In this document: piece by piece, positions 13,324 through 26,639 of the stretch
Position numbering within the stretch: the stretch's first letter is position 1
Layout: each line of letters starts with the position of its first letter
From: Octopus sinensis
Taxonomy: Eukaryota
DNA: 64,000 nucleotides
Assembly: GCF_006345805.1 (NCBI RefSeq)
Contig: NC_043000.1
Location: forward strand, 76,756,001 to 76,820,000
Direction of reading: 5' to 3'
Notes under the pieces: generated by a model
The model's input: the letters and a program-made list of their open reading frames with translations, nothing else
What the model was told of the DNA's origin: nothing
Database searches by the model: none
Made by a program: the position numbers and the translations under genes

Positions 13324-13894
13324 GTAAACAAGCTACTTACCACACAGCCACTCCTATATATAATTTGAGCACGTATATGTGTACACTGAGACTTGCTAGT
13401 CCTCAATGTCCAGTCATACATAGCCAACACCGCTGGTATGTGAAGATGTTTCACTCAACGTCACTGTCTTTGACACTGAGTGAACCAGCACCTTGCCATT
13501 TATGTATCCATCTTTTCTTTATATATCTATCCTTCTGTCTAATTCCTCTATTTAACCACTTCCTTTAGTCGTTAACGGGCCTACGAGCAAAACAATGTAT
13601 ATTTTGTGAGGCTCACGATTATGAGTTCATTAAATAGAAGTATTTAAGATGACTACAATTATTGCGAAAGAATGTACTCCTGCATTGCATTCACAAGCAC
13701 ATTACATTAGGCTCGATAAACTTTGAAGATTCTAAAGGGTTGGAACATGTCAAGTATTTGTCTACATAACAGGGACTGAAATTTTGTTCCCCAATTAAAA
13801 ATTACTGAGATAGAAATCGACCATGGATACTGTATTAATCTCTCAAGGATGACATCTCCAGAAAAATCATGGGTGAAGGAGAATAAAATATTAT

Positions 13895-14081
13895 CTTTTA
13901 CTTGTTTCAGTCATTAGACTATGGCCGTGCTAAGGGACCACATAGAAAATATTTCAGGCGAATGAATCGATAACTGTACTCATTTTTTGTTTTTTGTCTG
14001 GTACTTATCAGTCTCTTTTGCCGAACCGCTAAACTACGGGGATGAAAAAACCCAACACCAGTTGTCAAGCGGCAGAGAAGG

Positions 14082-14154
<73 letters not shown>

Positions 14155-14305
14155 ACACATAAACACACATATACACATCAAATCCACTAATAAGGCTTTG
14201 GTTGGACCGAGGCAATAGCAGAAGACACGTATCCAAGGTGACACGCTGTGGGAATGAACCCAGAACCACGTGGTTGGGAAGCAAGTTTCTTACCACGCAG
14301 CCCCG
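13895..14305 (-). mobile_element. SINE family 1
   Basis: Homologous to 7311-7678, with an internal (CA)n tract. Confidence 0.8.
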
Positions 14306-15867
14306 CTTGTTCCTATGTTCAGAAACTGATATAAGATCTTCATCGCATTCGAAGTTGCAACCTACGAGTTGGTCGTCCAATATGGGAGTTTTACAAATTG
14401 TTATTGTTGTATAACTCTAGGTCAGTAGACATACGTGAAAAAGCGTTCTAGCCAACATGTTAATCTCGATTTTCTGCACTGCTAGGGCTGCATTGCTCAA
14501 TAACTCTACTTTAAAAGCTGCTGGAGTGTGATTTAAGGAATTTGTTGCTATTTCCAGCAGATCAAGTGACCACGTAGATATTCCTTTGCCACTTGTATCG
14601 CTCTTGGTCAGTGCTGATCAAGTAAAGCTGAGGTCAAAGCTACTGTAGTCCTGACTATCCCTTCTAGTATACATACACACACAAACATACATACATACAT
14701 ACATGCATGCATGCATACATACATACATACATACATACATACATACATACATGCATGCATGCATACATACATACATACATACATACATACATACATACAT
14801 ACGTACATACGTACATACATACATATATACATATATACATACATACATACATACATACATACATACATACATACATGCATAAGACTATGTTATTCAGTTT
14901 GTCCATCTATCAAAATATGATGTGTAATTTGAGAGACTTTGGCTTCAATTTCTGGCAGATCAAATGACCATGTAGCGCGATGAAATAGCTTTCATAGGAA
15001 GTTGAAACCGAATTACTGGCTCGGGTAATCAGGAATATATTTAAATACGATGTATTAGATATATAGAGGTAGAGAATAAGATGTAACATTCACGACTTTC
15101 TCAAAATAATTACAATAACTTAAGAAATATTGTCTACTTTAAGTCGATAATATCTACTTTAAGTCGACGGATATACCTTGGTGACTCCTTTGACAAGCAT
15201 TATATCATACGCATGGAATTTTCTAAGAATAAGAAGATGGTTTCACATTACTTTCGTCTTTTTCGCTCAAAAGATACCATCAAAGAGAGAAAGGGGGAGA
15301 GAGAGGGGAAATTGAAAGTGAGAGAGAAAGAGAGAGAAAGAGCGAGGAGAAGGGAAATAAAGATAGATAGATAGATAGATAGAAAGAGAGATAGAGATAG
15401 AGCGGGGCAAGTGAAAGAAAGAGAGCGAGAGAGATAGAGAGAGCGAGTAATGATGGGAATCCAATATTTGATTGCTTTATTTATTGATCCCCAGTGCATT
15501 GAAGACAAAGATGACTTCCATTGGTTTTGAACATATGGCCACAGAGAGCCGGAAAAAACATCGGGAGCAGTTCTATCAGGACGCATTGATAACTCAGTCA
15601 CCTTGTAGGCCAATTCATCACCTTGCTTAGCAGGAACTCTACACAATCGCTATTTTGTTACATTATAATTACTTTATAATACAAAGTGAAAAAGATAATC
15701 TTAGAAGGAGGCCCATAAGAATTCATGACATTCATACTGGCCTCCTTTCTAAAGGCCTAAAGAGATCGCGTGTAAAATGAAATGGTTTCAAATGGGAACA
15801 TAGACACATACAAGAACATAGGCATATACTGAAAATATATGACCATTCTCGAACACATTCGGTAGGA

Positions 15868-17125
15868 TACGAGGCGTATTCATTAAAGATTTCTCCTGAC
15901 CCACTTCCCAAAAACTGGGATAAACGAAACTTGGCATAATTATTAGTTCTTCTCTACATAGCCACTACTAATGGTGACACACTTCTCCCATTGCTTTATG
16001 TAGTTGTGAAGATCTCGCTTTTAGGAGTCGGTAGGTTGCAGCTGGAGCCAAGACTATCTCAGAAATAAGCTCATCATCATCCGAAAAGTGCTTCTTCAAA
16101 AAAGGCTTCATGTTGGAAAGAGGTGGAAGTCAGATGGTACGATGTCGGGAGAGTAAAGGGGGAGAGGAAGGATTTCATAGCCGCAGGAGTGTGCTTTCAC
16201 CTAGCAATATGTGCGTTGTGAACTGGGGCATTGTCATGGAAGAGGCGGACTCCTTTGGTCAGCATTCCACGCCTCTCTGCTTTGATAGCGTCACGCAATT
16301 TATGCAGCAGAGAGACATGATGTCCTTTACCAGAAAATCTTTCATCACTACTCCACAATGGTCCCAAAAAACTGAGCGTTACCTCGCCTGTTGAGGGTTG
16401 AACACGAGTCTTCTTTGGAGGTGGTGAGTTATCATGCCTCCATTGCTTCGATTGGACTTTAATCTCAGGATCATAGTGATGGACCCATGTTTCATCCTGT
16501 GTGTTAAGTCTGGCGAAAAAGTCTTCCTCGTTTTCTTGGTACCTTGCTAAAAGAGCCTGAGAGTAATTGACTCGTTCCTGCCTCTGAAAAGATGTGAGCA
16601 TCCAGGGAATCCATCGTGCAGACAACTTCCACATGTGCAAATGATCGTAAATGATTTTTTCCACGGACCTTACACTTATCTTCACTTCTTGGGCTAGTTG
16701 CCAAATAGTTATGCGGCGATACTTCAAAATGGCGGCTTCTACTTTATGGATGGTGTCGTCATCAATAGCAGAATGTGGTCGTTCAGGAATAGGAGCACTT
16801 TTCACCGATGTCCGACTACATTTGAACTGGCGATTGCAGTGCATGACTACATCGCATGATGGTACATTGTCACCATAAACTTCTTTCATCTGTTTTGGTG
16901 TACGACCTTTCAAGTATAAGAATCTCATCACAGATCTGCATTCAACTGTCTCCATTATAACACTTTAGTCCACTTCGGCAACCGTAAAGGACAAAAGAAT
17001 TTTAGTGGAAAGCTGAAATTTAAAATGTGACATCTAGAGACGTGTATGATTATATCTGTACAATTTCCTTTTCCTGCAAAAACTGGAAGTGGGTCAGTGG
17101 AAATCTTTAATAAACGCCCCTCGCA
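15868..17125 (-). mobile_element. Full-length decayed mariner transposon (~1.26 kb)
   Basis: ~40-bp TIRs at 15868-15908 and 17085-17125. ORF 16197-16955 has an HTH, WIP motif, TQDETW and HDNAP. After a frameshift it continues YSPDIVPSDFHLFP (D,D34D type) to ~15950. Confidence 0.92.
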
Positions 17126-17504
17126 GGTATAATAGAAATGTTGTAAAATAGCTCAAAATTGTGGTCTGTGTCCCACTAGATGCCGCGCTAAACACTCATG
17201 CCAAATTCTCAAACTGCACCAAAAGAACAGAATAAAGCACCGCAGAAAAAGAAACCATGATTTACGCTAGTACAAGTAACGTTTGGCCCACTTGAATGTG
17301 TTGGTGGAGTTAAATTCTTCAATGTTCTTTCAATCTAATATATTTTCTCTCACCGAAGATAATACAGAATACATGAATAGCGAAAGAAAAGAATAGTTGG
17401 GGAGATAAATAATGGAATTCAATAAATGTTCGGAAATAGAATAAAAATCAAACAAGCAACACACAAGCACACGCGCGCGCGACGCAAGCACACACACACA
17501 CACA

Positions 17505-17535
<31 letters not shown>

Positions 17536-17904
17536 CAAAACACACACACACACACACACAAACGCACACACATTTGTATATATTATGTACATATAATTAA
17601 TAAATAAAAGACAGAAAAAATATAAAAATGCGATATAAAATATGAGAAGGTTTATCTTCTCTTTACATTATTGGCGGTAGGTCAAATACCAACACCTACA
17701 ACTCCAGATGCATCTACCGCTTCTACTGTTTTTATGTATATATAGATAAACGCATACGCGGATACATACGTACATACACAAACATGTACGCATGTATTAT
17801 GTTTGCATGATGGGATACATACATAAATACATACATAAATACCTACATACACATATATATAAGTATGTACATATATGTACACACATGCAGTAGATGCAAA
17901 TATA

Positions 17905-17951
<47 letters not shown>

Positions 17952-18220
17952 GTGTGTATGTGTGTGCGTGTGTACATTGTACACATACATGTACACTATC
18001 ATATGCAGTAGATTTGTAAACGCCCACATATATAGACATGGATGTATATACAAACCTCATCCGCACGCGTATATGTAATTACATATACAGATATACGCGT
18101 GCCTTTGAAAACAAATTATCACTCAAGCCATTACAGCAGCCAATATGTAAAACTTTGTAAGTATGTATGCATGTATACATACTTGCATGCTCATATTTAT
18201 GTGTGAGTGTGTTATTCTGC

Positions 18221-18307
<87 letters not shown>

Positions 18308-18516
18308 CTCTTTTACTCTTTCACTTGTTTCAGTCATTTGACTGCGGCCATGCTGGAGCACCGCCTTTTAGTCGAGAAAATCGACCCCAGGACTTATTTT
18401 TTGTAAGCCTAGTACTTATTCTATCGGTCTCTTATGCCGAACCGCAAAGTTACAGGGACGTAAACACACCAGCATCGGTTGTAATGCGATTGGGGTGTGT
18501 GACAAACACAAGCACA

Positions 18517-18552
<36 letters not shown>

Positions 18553-18741
18553 TATATACATATATATACATATATACGACGGGCTTCTCTCAGTTTCCGT
18601 CAACTAAATCCACTTACAAGACTTTGGTCGGCTGGAGGCTACAGTAGAAGACACTTACCCAAGGGTGCCACGCAGTGGGACTGAATCCGGAACCATGTAG
18701 TTGGTAAGCAAGCTACTTACTTCACAGTCACTCCGGCGTCT
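18308..18741 (-). mobile_element. SINE family 1
   Basis: Full-length homolog of 7311-7678. Confidence 0.85.
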
Positions 18742-18929
18742 ATATATATATATATATATATATGTAATATATGTAGTGGAGATCATGGAAAAACCTACAA
18801 ACAGTTAACAGAAATCGTAGTCACAGGAACCATAATACTGCAAACTCTTTTTAGGGAATAGATGGTGCACCTCTGAGCTTGTGGTGCACCTGAACACTGT
18901 ATGCAATAATTCCATTATACTTTAACTGG

Positions 18930-20450
18930 ACAGTAGACCCGATAAATCAAAGACACTTAAAGCATTGACCCAGAAATAAATTTATCGAAAGAAATTTTGA
19001 TTTGAAATGAAATCGATCTATTATTGTAGGGAATCAAATTTACCATTTACCACTACATCAATCTACGCCTCCGCCTGAGAGAATTTTTCAACAATAGAAA
19101 AGGAAATGACGAATAACTATCAGGAATAAATCCAGTTTCACATTTCATGGAGGAAGTCACGAACTTTTGTATACGTACTTCGATACTATATCTAAACACG
19201 AAGTTTGAAAGTGTTTAGTTACAAAAAAAGATATTTTCTAAATCTGCTGGTCAAAAGGTAAAGATCCTGAAAGATAAGAATTCTGTTATTTTGAAAGAAA
19301 CTAAGGGTGGCGCGATTATTATCTTGGATAAAGACTCCTACAAAGACAAAATAGGACAATTGAAATAGATGGAATCTAGTCCATGGAAAAATCAGGAAAT
19401 GTTGGTAAAGCAATAATAAAAAAAATTAAATCACTAGTCACTTAACGATTAAAAACATTGATTTCCTACGTATATACAAAATTAAAGAAATCTATGGATT
19501 ATGAAAAATTCTTAAAATCTTTGAAATACAGAAAGTTATAAATGATCGACATAATCTTTACATGAAAAGCTAATCTCAGAGCAATAGTGACAGGACTGCG
19601 ATCTCAACACAATACCTGAGTCACTTTATAAACTTACTCCAGTTGGTGTTTGAGACAACACGGTTTTCTTGAAATATATGCCATCAAAGGATCCAAAGGG
19701 CATTCGACGTCACTAAACTTTATACCAATATACCACCCTGATTGCGTTTAACAGCGGTCAATTCTGGGTTGAGAAAACATAAAGGAATGACAAAGGGGCG
19801 TTTCGGAACAGAGGTCATTACCAAAACGCAACAATTAATTTTGGAAGGAAACACATTTCATTTCGATGGAAGAACTGAAAATTAGTTCAAAGAAACAATC
19901 ATGGCTACAAGAGCGAACCATTTTATGTAAAATCTAGTAATGAGATTCCCAGAAGAGAAGCTATTTCACGGAATAAGTACGACATTCAACTAAACCGTAT
20001 GTCATTATCAAGAATATATATAAAGAATATTTCACTGACAAGTGGAAGCGCTTTCTCAACGGCTGTTTTACTTTTTGGAACAGATCAAAAAACGAATTAC
20101 ACGTTTCATAACATCTTGACCAACCTTCATTTGTCCATTAAATTCACAATGGAAATTAGCGAAAAGAGACTATTCATTTTGCACATACTTGCGATGCCTG
20201 CCGAGATCACAACAGACTTATTCTATTGAAAAAAAAACAAAAAAAAAAAAAACGGATGCACCTGAATATTAAAATTTTACTGATGCTATCCATCACGATC
20301 AAACGAAGTATCTTATACTGAATTACAAGACGCATATACACTGTGGTGATCAATTCAGAAATACGGTAAATGCAGCTGGATGATCTGAAAGACTTTCTAA
20401 AACAGAAAAATATCCCTTAAAATTAGCAGATAACAGAATTAAAAAGGTAA
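18930..20450 (+). pseudogene. Heavily decayed Penelope-like RT
   Basis: Fragments appear in the expected order: LRLRLREFF (~19063), KETKGGAIIILDKDSYKDK (~19295), FDVTKLYTNIP (~19703), LHLSIKFTME...TTDLFY (~20125-20225). Confidence 0.7.
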
Positions 20451-20939
20451 AAGCATCAAGATATATATCACACCAAAATACATTCGCTTCAAACTAAACA
20501 AAACGCAAATCCACTTCTGAAGAACGAAAATAAACGACTTAATCCTCAAAAGGCCAACATTACTAACAAATGACAAAAAAATAAACAACAAAAAAAAAAA
20601 ACCCTCAATAAATTTTGCTCCTACAAGAGCAAAATTCGCTTCAGAATTCAATTCGGCTCAGAATTATATTTGAAAAATCGTGAAAATAGCAAGTGTAGAA
20701 TATGCAAGAGTAAAAATTACAATTAAAAGTATTTCCTCATCAGTAGAAAATAAATGAAATACTTACTTGCACCCATGGAAAAAAGCAAAAGTAAAAGTCA
20801 TGTGTACACATAAATACCCCAGTTATTTCTTTTGCCCTTGTTTATAAGTTGTTTATAATTTTAACTTTTAAAGGTATTTTAATATGCTGCCACTTTTTGA
20901 TGAAATGTTTTTCTGAAAAAATTTCATCCTATATTAATA

Positions 20940-21025
<86 letters not shown>

Positions 21026-21290
21026 CAATTTTTTCTGCCTTTTTTCCCTCATATTTTTTCTACCAAAATTTGAGTGTAGGTGAGACTGTGTTTATGTGTT
21101 TTGTGAGTGGAAATGCGTTCTTTTCCTTCTCTATATGTCCAAGTTTCATCTGAAGAATTGTCTGGTTTTTCATTATGTGTACATATAGTTGTGTGTGAGT
21201 GAGTATACATACACACCTATATACATACATTCACAGACGTGCATATATGCGTACCTACCTATATGCACACATCCATCCATCCTTTTATCC

Positions 21291-21353
<63 letters not shown>

Positions 21354-21429
21354 ATCTATCTATCTATCTATCTATCTATCTAATCTATCTATCTATACAT
21401 ACATACATACATACATACATAATACATAC

Positions 21430-21488
<59 letters not shown>

Positions 21489-21561
21489 ATATATATTATA
21501 TATATATATATAAATGAAAGAATGGAGTTGAACGACGAATTAACAAAATTCCTTTATTTTA

Positions 21562-21640
21562 TTTTCGACATGTTCGAAGACTGCATATTCCTAATTCGAA
21601 GGAATAAGGGGTGCATTATGCCGCCTTCTCATCAGGAAAA
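21562..21640 (-). ncRNA. Hammerhead motif in the 3' pLTR
   Basis: uuuuc-CUGAUGA-gaaggc...gucuuc-GAA(A missing)-CAUGUC-gaaaa. Confidence 0.75.
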
Positions 21641-22194
21641 GTAAGGAACTTATGTCAGTATCAAGATGCACAAAAAATTTTAGATGCCTGCCCACACGGA
21701 GCCCATAGCGATAATGAGTGTTTCTATAAAATATTCCGTTATAAGCAGTGACGTCAAAAATGGTTGAATGTAGAAGATTCTAGAAAGTTCAAGGGTTCAA
21801 ACAAGGTTGGAGGAGAGAGACCTAAGAATAGGAAGGTAAAAGGGTGCAGGTCAAATGAATGGTGATTTTGTTGTTTTCTTTTGTGAATGAGTGCCTATGT
21901 GTGTGTATGTATATAACTGCATTAATGGCTATGTGTGTGTATTTGTGTGCGTGATTGTGTGTGTGGATGGGTAGATGCTAAAAACAGACAGTGGTGAAGT
22001 GACAGGTTTGTGTCTGTGTGTTTGATTGTGCTTACGATAGAGAGAGGGAAAGAGAGAGAGAGAGGAGGGCGAGTTAGAGAGACAAAGGTAAAACACACCT
22101 CAATGGGTTGGGTAGAGTATAAAAATTGACTATGGGGGTGATATATAAATGGGACTATATTATTAAAATTCAAGGAGGTTATCTATATTAATCA

Positions 22195-24316
22195 TTATTC
22201 ATATGAGTGAAAAGTGTGTTTTTGCCAGTGCATGCATCTAAGGGATTTCTCGACAATTGTATTTATTAAAGGAACTTTGGCGAACAAAATATGGAAAAGT
22301 TCTGAATTACAGACGCCACAAAATTTTCTGCCTTTATCAAACGGAAAGGATACAGACAATATGGACCATTCCAGCTTGAAAGTTGTATTACTGTCCTTAA
22401 GACGCCAAACTATTTTACTTAGTCCTGTGCTGTGTTGTTTTCTCTTATCTGGGAAAGTTGAATAATGGTTGGAGATCCTGTGGGCTAATTTAGAAGTAGT
22501 TGCCCCAATGTAGAAGAAGACATCGGTACCTGAAGAAATTTTGCACTGGTAAATGGAATTTCTAATTTTGGAATTGCTGGATAAGAACTTTAATCTGTTA
22601 GGGTTTACCTCCGAAACTAAGACGGAGTTTTTATTGTTATGATTGGTGTTAATATTATTGCTAGCATTGACCACAATACTATTCATATTATTATCATTAC
22701 TATTAATTGTATTATCGTCGGTAATTTCCCTGACTATAGGAATGTTGGGGTTGTTATCATCAATACTACCACTGTTATTATAAATGCTGTCGTTATTACC
22801 ACTAACACTACCACTGTTAATAATCCGACTAATATTATTATTAATATTACTATTGTTAATGCCAATGCTGCTATGAATGTTGCTATTATCAATACTATTT
22901 CTATTATTATTATTATTGTATGTTTGGTTGGAATTGGAAAGGGCAGTGTCGCTACTCTCGGGTGATGAGTCCTTATTTAGCAGCTTGTTATTATGGGAGG
23001 CAATGATCTGCGATAGATTTCTAGTGTTGGAGAATGCAATCCTTACCTTATGCGAATTAATAGTAGAGTAATGCCTAGAATTCCTGGGAAAGTTTCTAGC
23101 TACGGCTTCACGGAACTGTAAAGGGAGGTTAGACGTGATTTGTTTCCCGAAAGGAATGACAAACCAGATATAGTTTTTTTTGGACTTAGAATAGTTCAGG
23201 GTGTTACCATTTACATTAAAGGGAGTATTTCTGTGTTGGAGAATTGGTGTTGGTTTAAGATTGCCTCCCCTGGTCCGTAAATTATTTTTGTTAAGTATAG
23301 TGGTGTCGACGTTGTTAGAGCTGAAATCATTATTTACATTATTTCTATTGTTATTAGCTTTCTTATCCTGAGAAGCATATATCGGTTTAGAATGGGCCGG
23401 GTCGATATATGATACCTTATCTCTATAACCGGCTTTTGACAAGGCGGCGTTATAAAATTCCGCTTTTTGGTTAAAGATGTCGACATTAGCAGATAAATTT
23501 GATAGTCTTAAGGATATATTTTAAACTAAATTATCGGTGATAGTTTTGGCATGGTTACTGAAAATGCTGATATATTTAAGGTTAGTAGAAGGCTTATGAT
23601 AAGGGAAGTAAGAATTATTCTGCAGATTTAGGGTAACATCTAAGAAGTTGGCTTTAGTTAATTCATCGTCGAAAACTATGCTCAAGCCCATTCTGCTAAA
23701 AAATCTAGCTAATCTGTTTTTAGTCTTCTGTATCATGTTGTTCGGAGCATTCTGTAGGTAAAGTAGACAATCGTCTCGATACAGACCGCCGCAGATGTTC
23801 GGGAATTGGTCGGCCAATTCATAGAGAATATAGATTCCGACCAAATCGGCTATCTGGGCGCTATCTGTACTTCCCATTAGTACATCAAATGCGTTGGGGG
23901 TATCCTTGCGGACCCATAACTTATCATCGAACTTTATGAAGGATTTTCTAGCCGCTAAAATTACATTAATTTCCTCCCTTGAGAGGCCTGCCTTATTATG
24001 TGCGTGCCATAGGGCCTTATTGAGTACACTAGGGTTGATCGAAGGGTAGAAACTAGATATATCGAATTGAATGAATTTTGTGCTGTGCTTATTAGTAATA
24101 GAAGAAAACCACTCTACGACTTGAGTGGAGCTAGACCATAGGCTGAGTTTTAACTTATTGATTAATATAGGTATGTATTTATCTAAAATGTACTTACTAA
24201 GGGTACCGATGTCGGAACTAGAGGGGCAGATGAGCCTTAATGCCGGGTTGGTATGAAAGTTTGGTTTATGGTCCTTAACGATGAATCTTGGTTGTCTGGG
24301 GTTCAGCGGTTGTGTT
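22195..24316 (-). pseudogene. PLE RT-endonuclease ORF, one frame broken by a single TAA at 23521-23523
   Basis: RT motifs KDHK, FDISSFYPSI, GSTDSAQIADLVG, YRDD, FLDVTL. Endonuclease motifs SIYQC...YIGAT...RISNH...CGVCNSE...CMH. ORFs 23521-24417 and 22195-23442 share the same frame. Confidence 0.9.
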
Positions 24317-24387
24317 TCGCTATGGGCTCCGTGTAGGCAGGCATCTAAAAATGTTTGTGCATCTTGATGCTGACATAAGTTCCTTAC

Positions 24388-24468
24388 TTTTCTTGATGAG
24401 AAGACGGCATAATGCACCCCTTATTCCTTCGAAATTAGGAATATGCAGCCTTCGAAACATGTCGAAAA
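24388..24468 (+). ncRNA. Hammerhead motif in the inverted 5' pLTR
   Basis: uuuuc-UUGAUGA (C3 changed to U)-gaagac...gccuuc-GAAAC-AU-GUC-gaaaa. Confidence 0.75.
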
Positions 24469-24661
24469 TAAAATAAAGGAATTTTGTTAATTCGTCGTTC
24501 AACTCCATTCTTTCATTTATTTGTATTAAAAAATTTCCACACGATAGCACGTGATCTCTGTCCTAGGCATGTAGCTTCAACCGTGTTTTTCTGACGTGAA
24601 TTTGCTACCCAGGTATCGGTTAACCGAATTATCCATAATAAGATAATTCATTCAACTACTC

Positions 24662-24689
<28 letters not shown>

Positions 24690-24695
<6 letters not shown>

Positions 24696-25655
24696 CTGAA
24701 ATTTACAGAAAAAAAAGAGGAAGACAGTTGTATAGAAAACAAGCAGGTGTATTAGTTTAGATGCCCCCTGTGCAAAGACAATCCGAATGCAGACAGGTGT
24801 TGTACTGAATGACCGGTAAAGCGGAAATGGCCCGAGATCGGGGTGTCCGCGAACTGGTCAGCCAAGCGGTGTCCCGTTTTACCGATGTACAGAGGAGGGC
24901 AGAAAGAGCAGGAAATGCAGTAAATGACGTTGCTAGAATTGCAGGTAAAAAAGCCGGTATTATGATAGGGACGATAATGGGTGCCTGTGAGGGTGGTGAT
25001 GTTGGAGATGTATGGGCAAATGCAGCAGCGTGGTGGGAGTAGGGGACCGAGCCAGGTTGGGAGGTGGAGGTTAGGGAAAAAACTGTGGACCAGGAGGTCA
25101 CTTAGGTTGTGGTCTGGTCTGAAGGAGGGAAGGGGTAGGCTGAGGAAGATGTGCGAGGTGGAGGGGTCGGGCAGTTGTCACCGGAAGGTTCAGAGAATGG
25201 TGTAATGGAGGGGCAGGGTGGAGTGGTGGTAGGTGAGGGGAGACGTGATACAGACAACGGCGGAGCGGGTGAGAAGAGAGAGAAGGCAGACACGCAGTCC
25301 ACGGAAGTGCTCTGGCAAGGGCAATGTGGATAGTGGTGAGGGGATATCCACAAAGGATGAAGTAGTGAGCCATGAGTTGAAACTGAGTCTCAAAGTCATG
25401 GTTGTCACTTCAGAATCTGTGCAGATGGAGGAATTGTGAGTAGGGGATGAAGAGCTTGGTGTGGGTTGGGTGGGTTGAGGTATGAGGTATGAGTCGGTGT
25501 GTTTGTAATGGATGGAGTTAGTGAGAGTGAAATTGTATATGTTGACCGAAATGCCGAGAAAGGCGATGAAAGTGTTGGGAATGGTGCAAGAGAATTCGAG
25601 GGTAGGATGGAAGGCTTGGAGAAAAGAGAGGAAGGAGTCTAGTTGTTCTCGGGGG
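24690..25655 (-). mobile_element. PLE 3' fragment (RT thumb plus GIY-YIG, Neptune-like)
   Basis: FHPTLEFS...HYKHTDS...IPYSQFLHL...CGYP, then FTCNSSNVIYCISCSFCPPLYIGKTG. Ends in a terminal repeat shared with 28888-28960. Confidence 0.8.
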
Positions 25656-25713
25656 AGTGAGGTTGCACCGATACAGTCATCAATATAACGACCGTATAGT
25701 TCGGGAGCACGTT

Positions 25714-25786
<73 letters not shown>

Positions 25787-25919
25787 TTATCTATCTGTAT
25801 ACATATACTTATATACGCATACACATACATAAATGTATACCCGCATACATGCAAGTAGTCCCTCGAGGGTGATATTTTTTAGCGATGTCATTACAGAGAA
25901 AAATGAAAATAAAATTTCA

Positions 25920-26077
25920 TCAGTTGTGGTTAAGAGGAAAGAAGCAACTTCCCAATCACATGGTTCCAGGTTCAGTCCCACTGTGTGGTTTTTTGGGCAC
26001 GTGTCATCTATTATAGCCACGGGCCAACCAAAGTTTCGTGTGTGGATTTGGTAGACGGAAACTGATAGAAGCCTGTC

Positions 26078-26136
<59 letters not shown>

Positions 26137-26390
26137 TTGTATGTATGTATGTATGTATGTATATTTATGTGTGTGTTTGTGTCTGTGTTTGTCCTCACAT
26201 CATCGCTGGACATCCGATGCTGGATGTCCAGCGATGTAAGTAAGCGGTTCGGTAAAAGAGACAGATAGAATAAGTACTAGGGTTACAAAGAAAATGTCGT
26301 GGGGTCGATTTCTTCGATTAAAAAGGATCTTTAAGGCAGTACTACAGCATGGTCGCATTCAAATGACTGAAACAAGTAAAATAATAAAAG
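25920..26390 (+). mobile_element. SINE family 1 (diverged)
   Basis: Homologous body and tail aaatgactgaaacaagtaaaa. Confidence 0.75.
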
Positions 26391-26441
26391 AATTCTTTAC
26401 TGATCTGGGAATGATGTGTGTGTGTGTGCACGCGCGTATAT

Positions 26442-26490
<49 letters not shown>

Positions 26491-26492
26491 AT

Positions 26493-26550
<58 letters not shown>

Positions 26551-26555
26551 ATATA

Positions 26556-26617
<62 letters not shown>

Positions 26618-26639
26618 AAGGGTGAAAAGGAACACACGA

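Larger units (their letters stand above)
21511..24519 (-). mobile_element. 5'-truncated Penelope-like element A (C-terminal GIY-YIG, tentatively Hydra-type) with inverted pseudo-LTRs
   Basis: ~200-bp inverted repeats at 21511-21711 and 24317-24519, each carrying a hammerhead motif. The left end abuts (TA)n. Confidence 0.9.
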
